This document shows positions 18,283-28,785 of a stretch of 64,000 nt of DNA, piece by piece. The number at the start of each line of letters is the position of its first letter. Position 1 is the stretch's first letter. A model generated the notes under the pieces. The model was not told the DNA's origin. It saw nothing but the letters and a program-made list of their open reading frames with translations, and searched no databases. The position numbers and the translations under genes are program-made. Source of the stretch: Pseudomonadota bacterium (GTDB taxonomy: Archaea > Thermoplasmatota > SW-10-69-26 > JACQPN01 > JAJPHT01); NCBI GenBank assembly GCA_021325135.1, contig JAJPHT010000015.1, positions 32,001 to 96,000 on the forward strand. The letters run 5' to 3'.

Positions 18283-19175
18283 GCGGGCCGGCGCCGCGCC
18301 TTGTCCCAGCGGCGGATCTCGGCGTCGACCCATGAGGCGAGCCGCTCGCGCGCGACGAAGGTGCCCTGGGGCACGGAGAACGTGACGTGCGTGGCGCCCG
18401 GCAGCGCGCGCAGCTTCTCCTCCGCGACGTGCGCCTCGGCGTAGGTCCTCGCGTAGCCCACGAGGAACGTGCCGGGCGGGTCGTGGTGCGTGACCATGCG
18501 CTGCGCGTTCGCGAGGCGCAGCGCGCGCAGGTCCTCCGGGGCCGCGACGTTCACGTAGGCGTTGTAGAGGATGGCGCCCTCCTCCCGCGTGGCGTCGGTC
18601 GCGGGGAACGCCATGAGGTCGCCCTCGCGGAGCATGCGGTCGCGCCGCTCGCGCACCGTGCGCGGCGTGAGCCCCGTCGCGTCCGCCAGCGCCCGGGCCG
18701 TCCCGCGCGGCGCGTCCATGACCGCGCGCAGGACGCGCCAGTCCAGGGGCGAGAGCGGCGGGCGCTCCGCAAGCTCGCGCGGGTCGTTGGGCGTGACGAG
18801 GGCGTCGGGCGCCTCGCGCCCCGTGACGCGCGCCAACTCTGCAGGGAGCGGCGCCTCGGGGTCCTCGCGGTAGAGCATCGCGACGGTCGCGCTGGGGTAG
18901 GCGCTGGCGGCCCACGCGACCTCGGGCGCGAGGAGAAGGTCCCGCGCGTCCACGTCGTCCACGCCCGGCGCGTACACGGCGAGGCGCGCGTGGCGGCGCA
19001 GCGCGATGGCGGAGGGCCCGCACGCGAAGCCCAGGAAGACGCCCGCCCGCGCGAGGCGGTCGAGCCGCGCGCGCACGGCCGTGCCGCTGGTCCCGATCTC
19101 GCGCCCCAGGGACTCGTAGCTCTCGAAGGGCGAGCGGACCAGCGCCATGAGGATGCGGCAGTCGCGCTCGTCCAT
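18258..19175 (-). CDS. Lrp/AsnC-family regulator with duplicated HTH modules
   Basis: MDERDCRILMAL..SYESLGREIG and LSPLDWRVLRAV..LADATGLTPRTVRER. Confidence 0.85.
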   Translation of the reverse strand: MDERDCRILMALVRSPFESYESLGREIGTSGTAVRARLDRLARAGVFLGFACGPSAIALRRHARLAVYAPGVDDVDARDLLLAPEVAWAASAYPSATVAMLYREDPEAPLPAELARVTGREAPDALVTPNDPRELAERPPLSPLDWRVLRAVMDAPRGTARALADATGLTPRTVRERRDRMLREGDLMAFPATDATREEGAILYNAYVNVAAPEDLRALRLANAQRMVTHHDPPGTFLVGYARTYAEAHVAEEKLRALPGATHVTFSVPQGTFVARERLASWVDAEIRRWDKARRRPAHSALPSS

Positions 19176-19224
19176 CGTCTCGCCCTTCCTACGCGGCGCC
19201 CCCAGATAACGAGGCGCCCCGACC

Positions 19225-19278
19225 CGCTTGGAAAAGCGGCTTCTTTATATATTTATAAAGAAGCCGCTTTTCCAAGCG
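19225..19278. repeat. Perfect inverted repeat (25-bp arms, TATT centre) between divergent genes
   Basis: CGCTTGGAAAAGCGGCTTCTTTATA-TATT-TATAAAGAAGCCGCTTTTCCAAGCG. Confidence 0.95.
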
Positions 19279-19322
19279 CCACGCGGCGCAGGATTATCCG
19301 CCCTGGCGGGCTCCGCAGCCCC

Positions 19323-19964
19323 ATGGCCGAAGCGGCGACCGCGTGGACGCACACGTTCCCCCGGAACGACCTCGCCTCCGCGCGCCTCGCGTTCGAGAGC
19401 GGCGTCGCGCCGCGGCTCGACGTGCGCGGCGCGACGCTGGGCGCGGGCCTCGCGCGGTGCAGCTTCCCCGACCCCGCGCCCCGCGTGGGCCTCGTCCGGG
19501 ACGAGCTGTCCATCGACTACCACGGCTTCTTCCGCTGGTTCTTCCTGGGCCGCTATCCCCCCGGCCTCGTGGAGATCAACGACGCGATCCCCTGGAGCGT
19601 CGCCGTCGAGGGCGGCGTGGCGAAGGCCTCCATGGACCTCCGCACCGTGCAGCTGCAACGCTTCGAGGTGGGCGGCGGCGCGGCGAAGGTCGAGCTTCGC
19701 CTGGGGACGCCGCGCGGCATCGTCCCCGTCCGCGTGAGCGGCGGCGCCGCGCGCTTCGTCGTCACGCGCCCGCCCGGCGTCGCGGCGCGCCTGCGCGTCT
19801 CGGGCGGCGCGGCGCACGTCGAGCTTGACGAGCAGTCGCTGGGCGCGGTGGGCGGCGGGCTCACGCTCACGAGCCGCGGCTGGGACGAGAAGGGGGACGG
19901 GTTCGACATCAAGATCGGCGGCGGCGCGGCCCGCGTCGAGGTCCGCCCGGAGGGTTCAGCATGA
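19323..19964 (+). CDS. Beta-solenoid (LiaF-C/DUF4097-like) protein
   Basis: Repeated V-x-GG-A-A-x-V-x-L motifs; first gene of ABC exporter operon. Confidence 0.65.
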   Translation: MAEAATAWTHTFPRNDLASARLAFESGVAPRLDVRGATLGAGLARCSFPDPAPRVGLVRDELSIDYHGFFRWFFLGRYPPGLVEINDAIPWSVAVEGGVAKASMDLRTVQLQRFEVGGGAAKVELRLGTPRGIVPVRVSGGAARFVVTRPPGVAARLRVSGGAAHVELDEQSLGAVGGGLTLTSRGWDEKGDGFDIKIGGGAARVEVRPEGSA

Positions 19965-20983
19965 GCGACGCGATTCTGGCGAAAGACATCACGCACACCT
20001 ACAAGGGCGGCAAGCGCGCGGTGGACGGCGTCTCCTTCCACGTGGAGAAGGGCGAGTTCTTCGGCTTCCTGGGCCCCAACGGCGCGGGCAAGAGCACGAC
20101 CATCAAGATGCTGGCGACGCTCCTGCACCCCGACGCGGGGCAGGTCGTCGTCAACGGGCTCGACGTCATGCAGCAGCCGGTCGCCGTGCGCCGCAGCATC
20201 GGCTACACGGCGCAGGACACCAGCGTCGACGAGGAATTGACCGCGCGCGAGAACATCCGCTTCGCGTGCGAGGCCTACGGCGTCCCGCGCGCGCAGCGCG
20301 AGGCGCGCATCGATCAGCTTCTCGACCTCGTGGACCTGGCCGACGTGGCCGACAAGCGCGCGAGCACGTTCTCGGGCGGCATGAAGAAGAGGCTCGACAT
20401 CGCGACCTCCCTCGTGCACGACCCGCCGCTCCTGTTCCTCGACGAGCCCACGACGGGCCTCGATCCCAAGGCGCGCATGAGCCTGTGGGCGTACTTCCGC
20501 GAGCTGAACAAGCGCGGCACGACCATCTTCCTCACCACGCAGTACCTGGAGGAGGCGGACCAGCTCTGCCAGCGCATCGCCATCATCAACGACGGCAGGA
20601 TCGTCGCCACCGGCACGCCCGACGAGCTGAAGGCGCAAGTGGGCGGCGACGCGCTGGAGGTCCACCTGGAGATCACGAAGCCCGACACGCTGGAGCGCGC
20701 CCGCGAGGTGGTCGCGAAGTCCGGCCTCCTGGGCCCGGGCGACACCGTGGGCCTCTCCACCGGCGGCCTCACCGTCACCTCGCCCCGCGCGAAGCGCATC
20801 GGCGCCGACGTACTGGGCAGCCTCAAGAAGGAGGGGTTCACCGTGCTATCGTTCAACGTCCGCAGCCCGACCCTTGACGACGTGTTCCTGAAGCTCACCG
20901 GCGCCACGCTGGAGGAGGCGCAGGAGAAGGCCAAGGCCAACGCGCCCACGGGCGGCCGCGGCGGACGCCGGGGTGGTCGCTGA
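19961..20983 (+). CDS. ABC exporter ATP-binding protein (DrrA-like)
   Basis: GPNGAGKST, FSGGM, LFLDEPT, TTQYLEEAD. Confidence 0.95.
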   Translation: MSDAILAKDITHTYKGGKRAVDGVSFHVEKGEFFGFLGPNGAGKSTTIKMLATLLHPDAGQVVVNGLDVMQQPVAVRRSIGYTAQDTSVDEELTARENIRFACEAYGVPRAQREARIDQLLDLVDLADVADKRASTFSGGMKKRLDIATSLVHDPPLLFLDEPTTGLDPKARMSLWAYFRELNKRGTTIFLTTQYLEEADQLCQRIAIINDGRIVATGTPDELKAQVGGDALEVHLEITKPDTLERAREVVAKSGLLGPGDTVGLSTGGLTVTSPRAKRIGADVLGSLKKEGFTVLSFNVRSPTLDDVFLKLTGATLEEAQEKAKANAPTGGRGGRRGGR

Positions 20984-21774
20984 TGGCGAACTACGCGGCG
21001 GAGGTCTGGTACAACTTCAAGCGCTGGATGATCAAGACGGTGCGCAACCCGTTCGTCATCGGCTTCGGCCTCATCCAGCCCATCATCTGGCTGCTCCTCT
21101 TCCCCAACGCCATGAAGGGCGCCTCCAACCTGCCGCTGGACTACGTGGTGTGGTTCGCGCCGGTGGTCGCCATCCAGACGGCCCTCTTCGCGGGCAACGG
21201 CAGCGGCATCGGCCTCGTGGAGGACATGCGCATCGGCGTGTTCAACAAGCTCCTCGCGAGCCCCATGGACCGCAGCGCCATCTTCGTGGGCAAGACCCTC
21301 GCGGGCGCGGCCACCGTCGCCGTGCAGGTCCTCCTCATCGAGATCCTCGCGGCCCTCACCACCAAGGGCAGCTCGCTTCCCACGGGCCTGGGCGGCGCGG
21401 TGGGCGTCATCGCCATCGGCATCCTGTTCAGCCTGGGCTTCGCGGGGCTTTCGAACATCATCGCGCTGGCGACCAAGAGCACCGAGGCGACCATCATCAT
21501 CGGGAACTTCATCCTGCTCCCGCTGCTCTTCGCGTCCGGCGCCTTCGCGCCCACGAGCCAGCTTCCCGGCTGGCTGAAGGCCATCGCCGAGGCGAACCCC
21601 GTGAACTACGGCATCGAGGCCGCGCGCCACCTCATGCTGCCCGCGCCGTGGGGCGACCGCCTCACGAGCCACGGGCTGGGCGTCGACCTGACGGTCATCG
21701 TCGCGTTCGACCTCATCTTGGTGACGATCGCGGCGTTGATGCTGCGCCGAGCGACGGCGGCCAAGGGCCGGTGA
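20983..21774 (+). CDS. ABC-2 type permease (DrrB-like)
   Basis: Six TM helices; LLASPMDRSAIFVGK, LPGWLKAIAEANPV. Confidence 0.9.
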   Translation: MANYAAEVWYNFKRWMIKTVRNPFVIGFGLIQPIIWLLLFPNAMKGASNLPLDYVVWFAPVVAIQTALFAGNGSGIGLVEDMRIGVFNKLLASPMDRSAIFVGKTLAGAATVAVQVLLIEILAALTTKGSSLPTGLGGAVGVIAIGILFSLGFAGLSNIIALATKSTEATIIIGNFILLPLLFASGAFAPTSQLPGWLKAIAEANPVNYGIEAARHLMLPAPWGDRLTSHGLGVDLTVIVAFDLILVTIAALMLRRATAAKGR

Positions 21775-21835
21775 GGGTTCGGCAGGAGCCCAACGTCCCC
21801 GAAGGGTCCATGGGGCGGCGCCTCAAGTGCCGCCC

Positions 21836-22435
21836 ATGCGCCCCTTCGCGCTCCTCGCGCTCGCCGCGCTCCTCCTGGCCGGCTGCCTGCAAGGCTCGAC
21901 CCCCGCGCCTTCCGGCGGCTCCACGACGCCGCCCGCCTCCTCGACCCCGCCCACGTCGACCACTCCGCCCGTCGTGACCGGCGGCGCGGCGGTGCGGCCG
22001 GCCCACGGCAGCAACGCGACGGACAACTTCACGCTGGAAGGGGACGAGAGCGTCTCGCTCATCCTGCCCGGCCAGGACGCCGCGTTCACCTTCGTGGGCA
22101 CCAACGGCGGCGCGAACGCGTCGGCCCTCTTCGCGCCCTGCGACGGCGGCAACCCGCGCATCGATATCGAGGACGCCAACGGCACCGTGCTCGACACCGT
22201 GGGCCCCCACATGCGCTGCATGATCGCCATCAGCTGGCAGCCCTTCGGCGCGGGCGAGCAGCTCTCCACCAACATGACGTGGAACGGCACCGCGTGGGAC
22301 GGCGAGAAGCTCGCCCCCGTGGCGCCCGGCACGTACTATGCCGTGGGGACCTTCGCCGTCAAGCGCGACGCGGGCGAGATCGACGTCACCGTGCGTCTGC
22401 CCATCGGCGTCACCGACAACCGCGGGGCGCTGTAG
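21836..22435 (+). CDS. Lipoprotein with Ser/Thr/Pro linker and Ig-like domain
   Basis: Lipobox LLAGC; C-terminal WNG..PGTY beta-sandwich motif. Confidence 0.8.
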   Translation: MRPFALLALAALLLAGCLQGSTPAPSGGSTTPPASSTPPTSTTPPVVTGGAAVRPAHGSNATDNFTLEGDESVSLILPGQDAAFTFVGTNGGANASALFAPCDGGNPRIDIEDANGTVLDTVGPHMRCMIAISWQPFGAGEQLSTNMTWNGTAWDGEKLAPVAPGTYYAVGTFAVKRDAGEIDVTVRLPIGVTDNRGAL

Positions 22436-22480
22436 AAAAGCTGTAAAAAAAGAATGGGGGCGTCGCCCCCCGAGCCCTCT
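22436..22480 (-). terminator. GC hairpin plus T-tract terminator
   Basis: Minus strand GGGGGC-GAC-GCCCCC then ATTCTTTTTTT directly after the stop at 22481; hairpin resembles the REP unit. Confidence 0.6.
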
Positions 22481-22921
22481 TCAGCGCATCATCGCGCCGC
22501 GCTGCCCCATCGTGGGCTCCTTGGCCATGAAGGGGACCGCGAGGAGCACGATGCCCAGGACGAGGTGGAGCCCGTCGTCCATGCCGTTGATGGCGAGGAG
22601 GTTCGCGACCGCGGGGATGAGGCCCGCGAGGAAGACGACGATGTAGACGACGCCCAGGATGATGTTGTACATCCGGGCGTTGGCGCCGCCCGCCATGTAC
22701 GCGCCGATGAGCAGGAAGATGCCGCTGAGCACGTGCACGACGCTGTGCAGGTAGTTGACCTCGAAGATGCCGAGGATCTTGCCCGTGTTCGCGTTGCCGA
22801 CGAAGTCCTGGCTGCCGGTGGAGGTGGTCGTGATGCCGGGGATGAAGCCCAAGACGCCCACGAGGACGAGGACCCAGCCGAGGATCATCGCGAGGAGACG
22901 GTTGTAGTTCGTGTCAGCCAT
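22481..22921 (-). CDS. DUF4383-like four-TM membrane protein
   Basis: VGVLGFIP, LGIFEVNYLHSVVH, DDGLHLVLG. Confidence 0.8.
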   Translation of the reverse strand: MADTNYNRLLAMILGWVLVLVGVLGFIPGITTTSTGSQDFVGNANTGKILGIFEVNYLHSVVHVLSGIFLLIGAYMAGGANARMYNIILGVVYIVVFLAGLIPAVANLLAINGMDDGLHLVLGIVLLAVPFMAKEPTMGQRGAMMR

Positions 22922-23094
22922 CGTTTCAACCCTTGTCGCCCCCGAAGGGGTTGCAAGATCAGACGCCCCGGGGTGCATATAGGAGCCGGGTCGTGCCGAG
23001 CGAAGAGGCGTTCTCCACTGGAAACGAGGCGGCCCGTCGCCCACCTGCCTGATATCCTTTTTGGCCGCTCGCGGCGAACGATCCCGAACGATCG

Positions 23095-23853
23095 CTACCT
23101 CGGCGCCGCCTGCCGGAGGGCGGCCGCCTCGGGCAGGTCGCCTCCGTGGAGCATGAGCCGCTGCACGACCGCCTTCGTGCTCGGCGGGAACTCGGCGCCG
23201 GCCATCCACTCCAGGTAGGTCCGGTCGACGGACGAGACGGGCTTGCCGTGGTGCTGGCCGAAGTTGAACACCACCTCGTGCCGGTCGTTGATGGCGAACT
23301 TCCCCGCGCGGTCGACCTCGCGGGGGGGCTTCGTTAGGCGCACCGCATCCTCCTCGGTGAGTGCGAACGTCTCCCGCAGGCGCGCCCACACGGCGAGCGT
23401 CGCGCGCACGTCCTCCCGCGCCTGGTGCGCGCCCGCGTGCTCCGCGCCCAGCCAGCGCTTCGCGGCGCCCGCGAGCGTGCGCGGCTCCAGCGCGCTCCAC
23501 ACGCGCATGACGTCGATCTCGCGCACGGCGTCGAGGTCGAGCCCGGGCTGCCCCGCGCGGCGAAGCTCCGCGTGGAGCAGCGGCGTGTCGAAGCTGCGCG
23601 AGTTGTAGCCCAGGAGGAGCGCGCCCTGCACCCACGCCTGCACCTGCGGCGCGATCTCCGAGAAGGGCGGCGCCTTCGCCACGTCCTCGTCGCGGATGCC
23701 GTGGATCGCGCTGGCCTCCGCCGGGATGGGCACGCCGGGGTTCACGCGGAAGACGCGGCAGCGGCCTCCCGGCGTCATGAGGCAAAGCTCGACGATGCGG
23801 TCCTTCTCGGGGTTCGTGCCCGTGGACTCGACGTCGAACGCGACGACCTGCAC
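23095..23853 (-). CDS. DEDDh 3'-5' exonuclease (DnaQ/epsilon-like)
   Basis: FDVESTG, GYNSRSFD, AHQAREDV; C-terminal FNFGQHHG domain. Confidence 0.9.
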   Translation of the reverse strand: MQVVAFDVESTGTNPEKDRIVELCLMTPGGRCRVFRVNPGVPIPAEASAIHGIRDEDVAKAPPFSEIAPQVQAWVQGALLLGYNSRSFDTPLLHAELRRAGQPGLDLDAVREIDVMRVWSALEPRTLAGAAKRWLGAEHAGAHQAREDVRATLAVWARLRETFALTEEDAVRLTKPPREVDRAGKFAINDRHEVVFNFGQHHGKPVSSVDRTYLEWMAGAEFPPSTKAVVQRLMLHGGDLPEAAALRQAAPR

Positions 23854-23909
23854 GCGCCCTGACGCGCCTCGCCGGAGGATAATCCCTCGGCGGGCGCTTC
23901 AGGTGGAGC

Positions 23910-25307
<1,398 letters not shown>

Positions 25308-25356
25308 CGCTCGGGCGATTCCGGGAGCGGTACTTGAAGGCGACCGCTGCCCGGCC

Positions 25357-26283
25357 TCACCGGCGCCGGCCCAGGACCGCCGCCGTGCCCGCGAGCGCCA
25401 CGAGCGCGCCCCACACCTGGTTGAAGCCGGGCGAGTCGTGGAGCGCCTGGTCGCCGTCGAACACGGCGTCCACCTTGATGGAGTAGGGCAGCCCCTCGGG
25501 CGCGACGTAAGCGGTTCCCGTGCCGGCGCCCGCGTAGAGCGAGCCCGCGTGCTGCCAGCGGTGCAGGTCGGAGAGCGTGAGGGCCATGGTCTCCTGGTAG
25601 TGGCCCGGCGGAAGCTGGAGGGCGCCGGAGTCCTGCACGAGGTCGGGCTGGTCCGTGTGCTGGCCCATGCCGATGCCCAGGTCGCCCGCGGCGGTGAGGG
25701 TGTTCTCCCAGCCCAGCGAGACGTTGAGCAGGACCACCCTGGCCGCGTAGCCGCGCCGCGCCTCGGCGTCGCGGCCGAACTGGAGCGTGTGCGGGTCCCA
25801 GCGGAAGTCGTCCGCGCCCTCGCGCTGGAGCGAGGCGGCCGCGGGCGCCAGCGTGCCGTTGATCCACAGCGTGACGTGCGACCGGTAGAGCGGCATCTCA
25901 ATCTGCGAGGCGTCGCCGTCCCCTCCCACGGGCACGTCGCGCTTCGTCTCCTGCGTGAAGCCTTCGAGGCTCGCGACGACGCGCGCCTCGGAGCCGGGCG
26001 CCACGCGCGCCTCGGCGACGCCGTCCGCGTCGGTGGAGAGCATGAGGGCGTCGTGGCTCTCGTCGCCCCACCAGGTGGACGACGTGGTGGTGACGGTCAC
26101 GACGGCGCCCGCCAGCGGGGGGCCGTGGGGCTCGTCGGTCACGTGCACGCGCAGCAGCGCCGAGCCGTCTCCGGCGGACGTGGGCGGCGCGCTTGCCTCC
26201 GAGACGGAGCCGGGCGAGGGGGTGATGCAGCCCGCCGCGAGGGCGGCGAGGACGAGGGCCAGGGCGAGAATGCCTCCGCGCAT
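25357..26283 (-). CDS. Lipoprotein with carboxypeptidase-regulatory-like domain and PGF-CTERM-like tail
   Basis: Lipobox LAAGC; PLAGAVV..TDADG; C-terminal SPGF + TM + RRR. Confidence 0.75.
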   Translation of the reverse strand: MRGGILALALVLAALAAGCITPSPGSVSEASAPPTSAGDGSALLRVHVTDEPHGPPLAGAVVTVTTTSSTWWGDESHDALMLSTDADGVAEARVAPGSEARVVASLEGFTQETKRDVPVGGDGDASQIEMPLYRSHVTLWINGTLAPAAASLQREGADDFRWDPHTLQFGRDAEARRGYAARVVLLNVSLGWENTLTAAGDLGIGMGQHTDQPDLVQDSGALQLPPGHYQETMALTLSDLHRWQHAGSLYAGAGTGTAYVAPEGLPYSIKVDAVFDGDQALHDSPGFNQVWGALVALAGTAAVLGRRR

Positions 26284-26307
26284 GCGGCCTCGACGCGCGC
26301 AGGGGGG

Positions 26308-26958
26308 CTAATGCCCATCGGGGAAGGTTCCAATCCCGAAGCCCGAGGGGTGCTCGGGGCCCATCACGAAGCGGAACTCGGCGGCCCCCGCGACGTGCGA
26401 GTAGTAGACGATCTCGTCCAGCGTCACGACGGTCCCGGCCGGAAGCTCGGTGGCGTTGCGGACCGGGATCGTGGCCGTGAACTTGGCGGTCTCCCCGGCG
26501 AGGATCACGTCGGGCCCCTCGGCCTGCCCATCGAAGGTGAGGTTGCCCAGCGCGATCTGCACGTCCATCTGGTGGAAGCCGGTGGCGGGCAGGTTCCGGC
26601 CCGACGCGCTGGCGCTGGTGGCCTGCACGTAGAGCACGACGTGAAGCTCCTTCTCCAGCCGGGCCGGCGCGGCCAGTGCCCCCTTCCACGTGGGATAGCC
26701 GGGGGTGGACGGGCTGTTCGCCGGCGTCGTGAGGGGCACGCTCCCTTCGGTGGAGGGTGGCGCGCCGCGCAGCGAGAGGTCCGGCTGGAGGTGGAGGCGC
26801 AGCGGCGCGGCCGGCGGCGCGGGCGCGGTGGCCGTGGCGTTGACCACGGCGGCGGGCGCGACGGGCGTGGGGCTCGCGGGCGCGGGTGGAGGCGAGCCGG
26901 CGCACCCCGCGAGCAGGAGCGCCACGAGCAGAAGGGGGCCGGCGCGCACCGGGCTCAC
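26308..26958 (-). CDS. Lipoprotein, hypothetical
   Basis: Lipobox LLAGC; Pro/Ala linker; start overlaps upstream stop. Confidence 0.75.
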   Translation of the reverse strand: MSPVRAGPLLLVALLLAGCAGSPPPAPASPTPVAPAAVVNATATAPAPPAAPLRLHLQPDLSLRGAPPSTEGSVPLTTPANSPSTPGYPTWKGALAAPARLEKELHVVLYVQATSASASGRNLPATGFHQMDVQIALGNLTFDGQAEGPDVILAGETAKFTATIPVRNATELPAGTVVTLDEIVYYSHVAGAAEFRFVMGPEHPSGFGIGTFPDGH

Positions 26959-27887
26959 CTCGCCTCGACGCGGACGTCGCCCGTGGAGGTCTCCGCCGTC
27001 ACGACCGCCTGCGTCGGCTTCGCGGAGTAGCCCGCGGAGCGCGCGTGGACGTGCCCGCCCACGTCGTCGTGGCTGCGCTCGTTGACCTCCGTGGGCCCAA
27101 GGTCCACGCTCGCGTCGCCCGTCGAGGTGTCGGCCGTGGCGTCATAGCCCACGTCGGCGCGCGTGGGGAGCCGCAGGGTGATATCACCCGTGGCGGACCT
27201 GAGGCTCAGGTTCCCCGGCTGCACCGAGGCGAGGGTCGCGCGCACGTCGCCCGTCGACGTGGCCGCCTTCAGGTCGCCCGCGAGGTCGAGGTCGGTGAGC
27301 GTGACGTCGCCCGTGGTCGAGCCCGCGGTGAGGTTCCCCACGAGCAGGCGCTCCAGGGCCACGTCGCCCACGTCGCTCTCCAAGCGGGCGTCGAACGCCC
27401 CGCTTGACGAGGGCAGCTCGACGCGCACGTCCGCGCTGGCGCTGCTCTCGCCGAAGAGGGAGACGGACTTGCCCACCGTCGCCTGCCATGCGCCCAGGCG
27501 CGCGTCCGCGAGCGCGAGGCCCACCTCGGTGCGCTGCGCCGCGTCGGCCGAGCGCGCGGTGATGGTGAACACGACGTGCGCGCGGCCGTCCGTCGAGGGC
27601 GAGACGGCGACGTCGCCCACCACGGCGCAGGCGTCCAGGAAGCCCACGGTGGCGTTGGCGGGCAGGTCGTAGGTGATGACGCGCGAGGTCCGGCCCCCGA
27701 GGGCGCGCGCCGTCTCGGAGGAGGGCGCCAGGGCGTGCCCCGCCGCGAAGGAGGGTGCGGAGCAGCCGGGATCGGCGCGCGCGCCCAGGGTGGAGCGGCC
27801 CACCGCGTAGGCGCCGGCGCCCGCGAGGAGGACGAGGGCGGCGAGGGCGACCGCGACGATGAACGGCTTCGATCCCACGAATCCCAT
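26955..27887 (-). CDS. DUF4097/adhesin-like beta-solenoid membrane-anchored protein
   Basis: N-terminal TM; repeated (S/T)TGDV motifs. Confidence 0.8.
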   Translation of the reverse strand: MGFVGSKPFIVAVALAALVLLAGAGAYAVGRSTLGARADPGCSAPSFAAGHALAPSSETARALGGRTSRVITYDLPANATVGFLDACAVVGDVAVSPSTDGRAHVVFTITARSADAAQRTEVGLALADARLGAWQATVGKSVSLFGESSASADVRVELPSSSGAFDARLESDVGDVALERLLVGNLTAGSTTGDVTLTDLDLAGDLKAATSTGDVRATLASVQPGNLSLRSATGDITLRLPTRADVGYDATADTSTGDASVDLGPTEVNERSHDDVGGHVHARSAGYSAKPTQAVVTAETSTGDVRVEAR

Positions 27888-27891
27888 GATA

Positions 27892-28149
27892 TCAGCCCCG
27901 CAGGCCGCGCCGGAGCGTGTCGCGCGTGGCCTCCAGCGTGAGGCGCGACTGCGCGAGGAGGCGCGCCGTCTCGGTGTTCAGGCGCTCCAGCTCGTCGGCG
28001 GGGTCGGGCCCCGGAGGAGGGCGATGCGCGGCCTGGGCGCGGGCCTCCCGCGCGCGCCACGCCTCGAAGCCGATCCAGACGGCAAGGGCGGCGACCCCGA
28101 GGAAGGGGAGCATGAAGAGGAGGAAGTCGGCGACGTCGGCCGCGTCCAC
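27892..28149 (-). CDS. Small single-TM coiled-coil protein
   Basis: TM helix then heptad-like tail; in operon. Confidence 0.65.
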   Translation of the reverse strand: MDAADVADFLLFMLPFLGVAALAVWIGFEAWRAREARAQAAHRPPPGPDPADELERLNTETARLLAQSRLTLEATRDTLRRGLRG

Positions 28150-28152
28150 GGC

Positions 28153-28380
28153 TCACACCTCCCGCAGCAGGCGCTCGATCTCCTTGAGCGTCGCGTTCAT
28201 GCGCTGGACCTCGTCGAGGACGAGCCGCTGCCCCCGCACGGCCTCCTCGGCGAGCTTGCGGTACTCTCCGCCGCCACCGGCCTCCACCTTGAGGCGCTCG
28301 TGGCGGTAGTAGAAGAGCATGCCGATGATCGCGACGATCATGCCGAAGGCGGCGATGGGGATCCAGAGGGGGTCCACCAT
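28153..28380 (-). CDS. Small single-TM coiled-coil protein (ArsR-operon partner)
   Basis: TM then EYRKLAEEA...LKEIERLLREV; abuts ArsR stop. Confidence 0.75.
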   Translation of the reverse strand: MVDPLWIPIAAFGMIVAIIGMLFYYRHERLKVEAGGGGEYRKLAEEAVRGQRLVLDEVQRMNATLKEIERLLREV

Positions 28381-28683
28381 TCAATCGCCCCCGCGCTTGA
28401 GGGCGGCCGCGATGGTGTCAGGCGTCAGTCGGATGTCGAAGTCGGCGATCTCGTAGTACTTCATGGCTTTCCCGTCCGGTGAGAGTTCCAGGGCGCCCTG
28501 CACGAGCCCGGCCGCCTCCAGCTTCTCCAGGTGCATGTAGAGGAGCGGGCGGCTCAGGCCCAGTTGGCGCGCCAGCTCGCTGACGTAGTTGCGGTCCCGG
28601 GTGAGCGCCGCCACGATGCGCAGGCGGTGCGGGTTGCCCAGGGCGTCGGCCACGGCCAGCAGGCGTTCGGAGTCGAGCTTCAT
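28381..28683 (-). CDS. ArsR-family transcriptional regulator
   Basis: ALGNPHRLRIVAAL..YVSELARQLGLSRPLLYMHLEKLEAAGLV. Confidence 0.92.
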   Translation of the reverse strand: MKLDSERLLAVADALGNPHRLRIVAALTRDRNYVSELARQLGLSRPLLYMHLEKLEAAGLVQGALELSPDGKAMKYYEIADFDIRLTPDTIAAALKRGGD

Positions 28684-28717
28684 GGAGAGGGCTCCCCTGT
28701 CACACAGGGCTTTCTCG

Positions 28718-28735
28718 TGTCAGAAAGAACTGACA
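28718..28735. promoter_or_regulatory. Palindromic operator, likely for the ArsR regulator
   Basis: TGTCAG-AAAGAA-CTGACA about 35 nt upstream of the ArsR start. Confidence 0.65.
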
Positions 28736-28785
28736 GGTGATAGAAGTAAGTATCGACGGTGGGACGGGACGACGGAAAAAGCCGC

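Noticed and set aside
21812-21827. GGGGCGGCGCCTCAAG shared with 12981-12996 upstream of secreted genes
   Set aside because: Different distances to the start codons and mostly G/C, so plausibly chance
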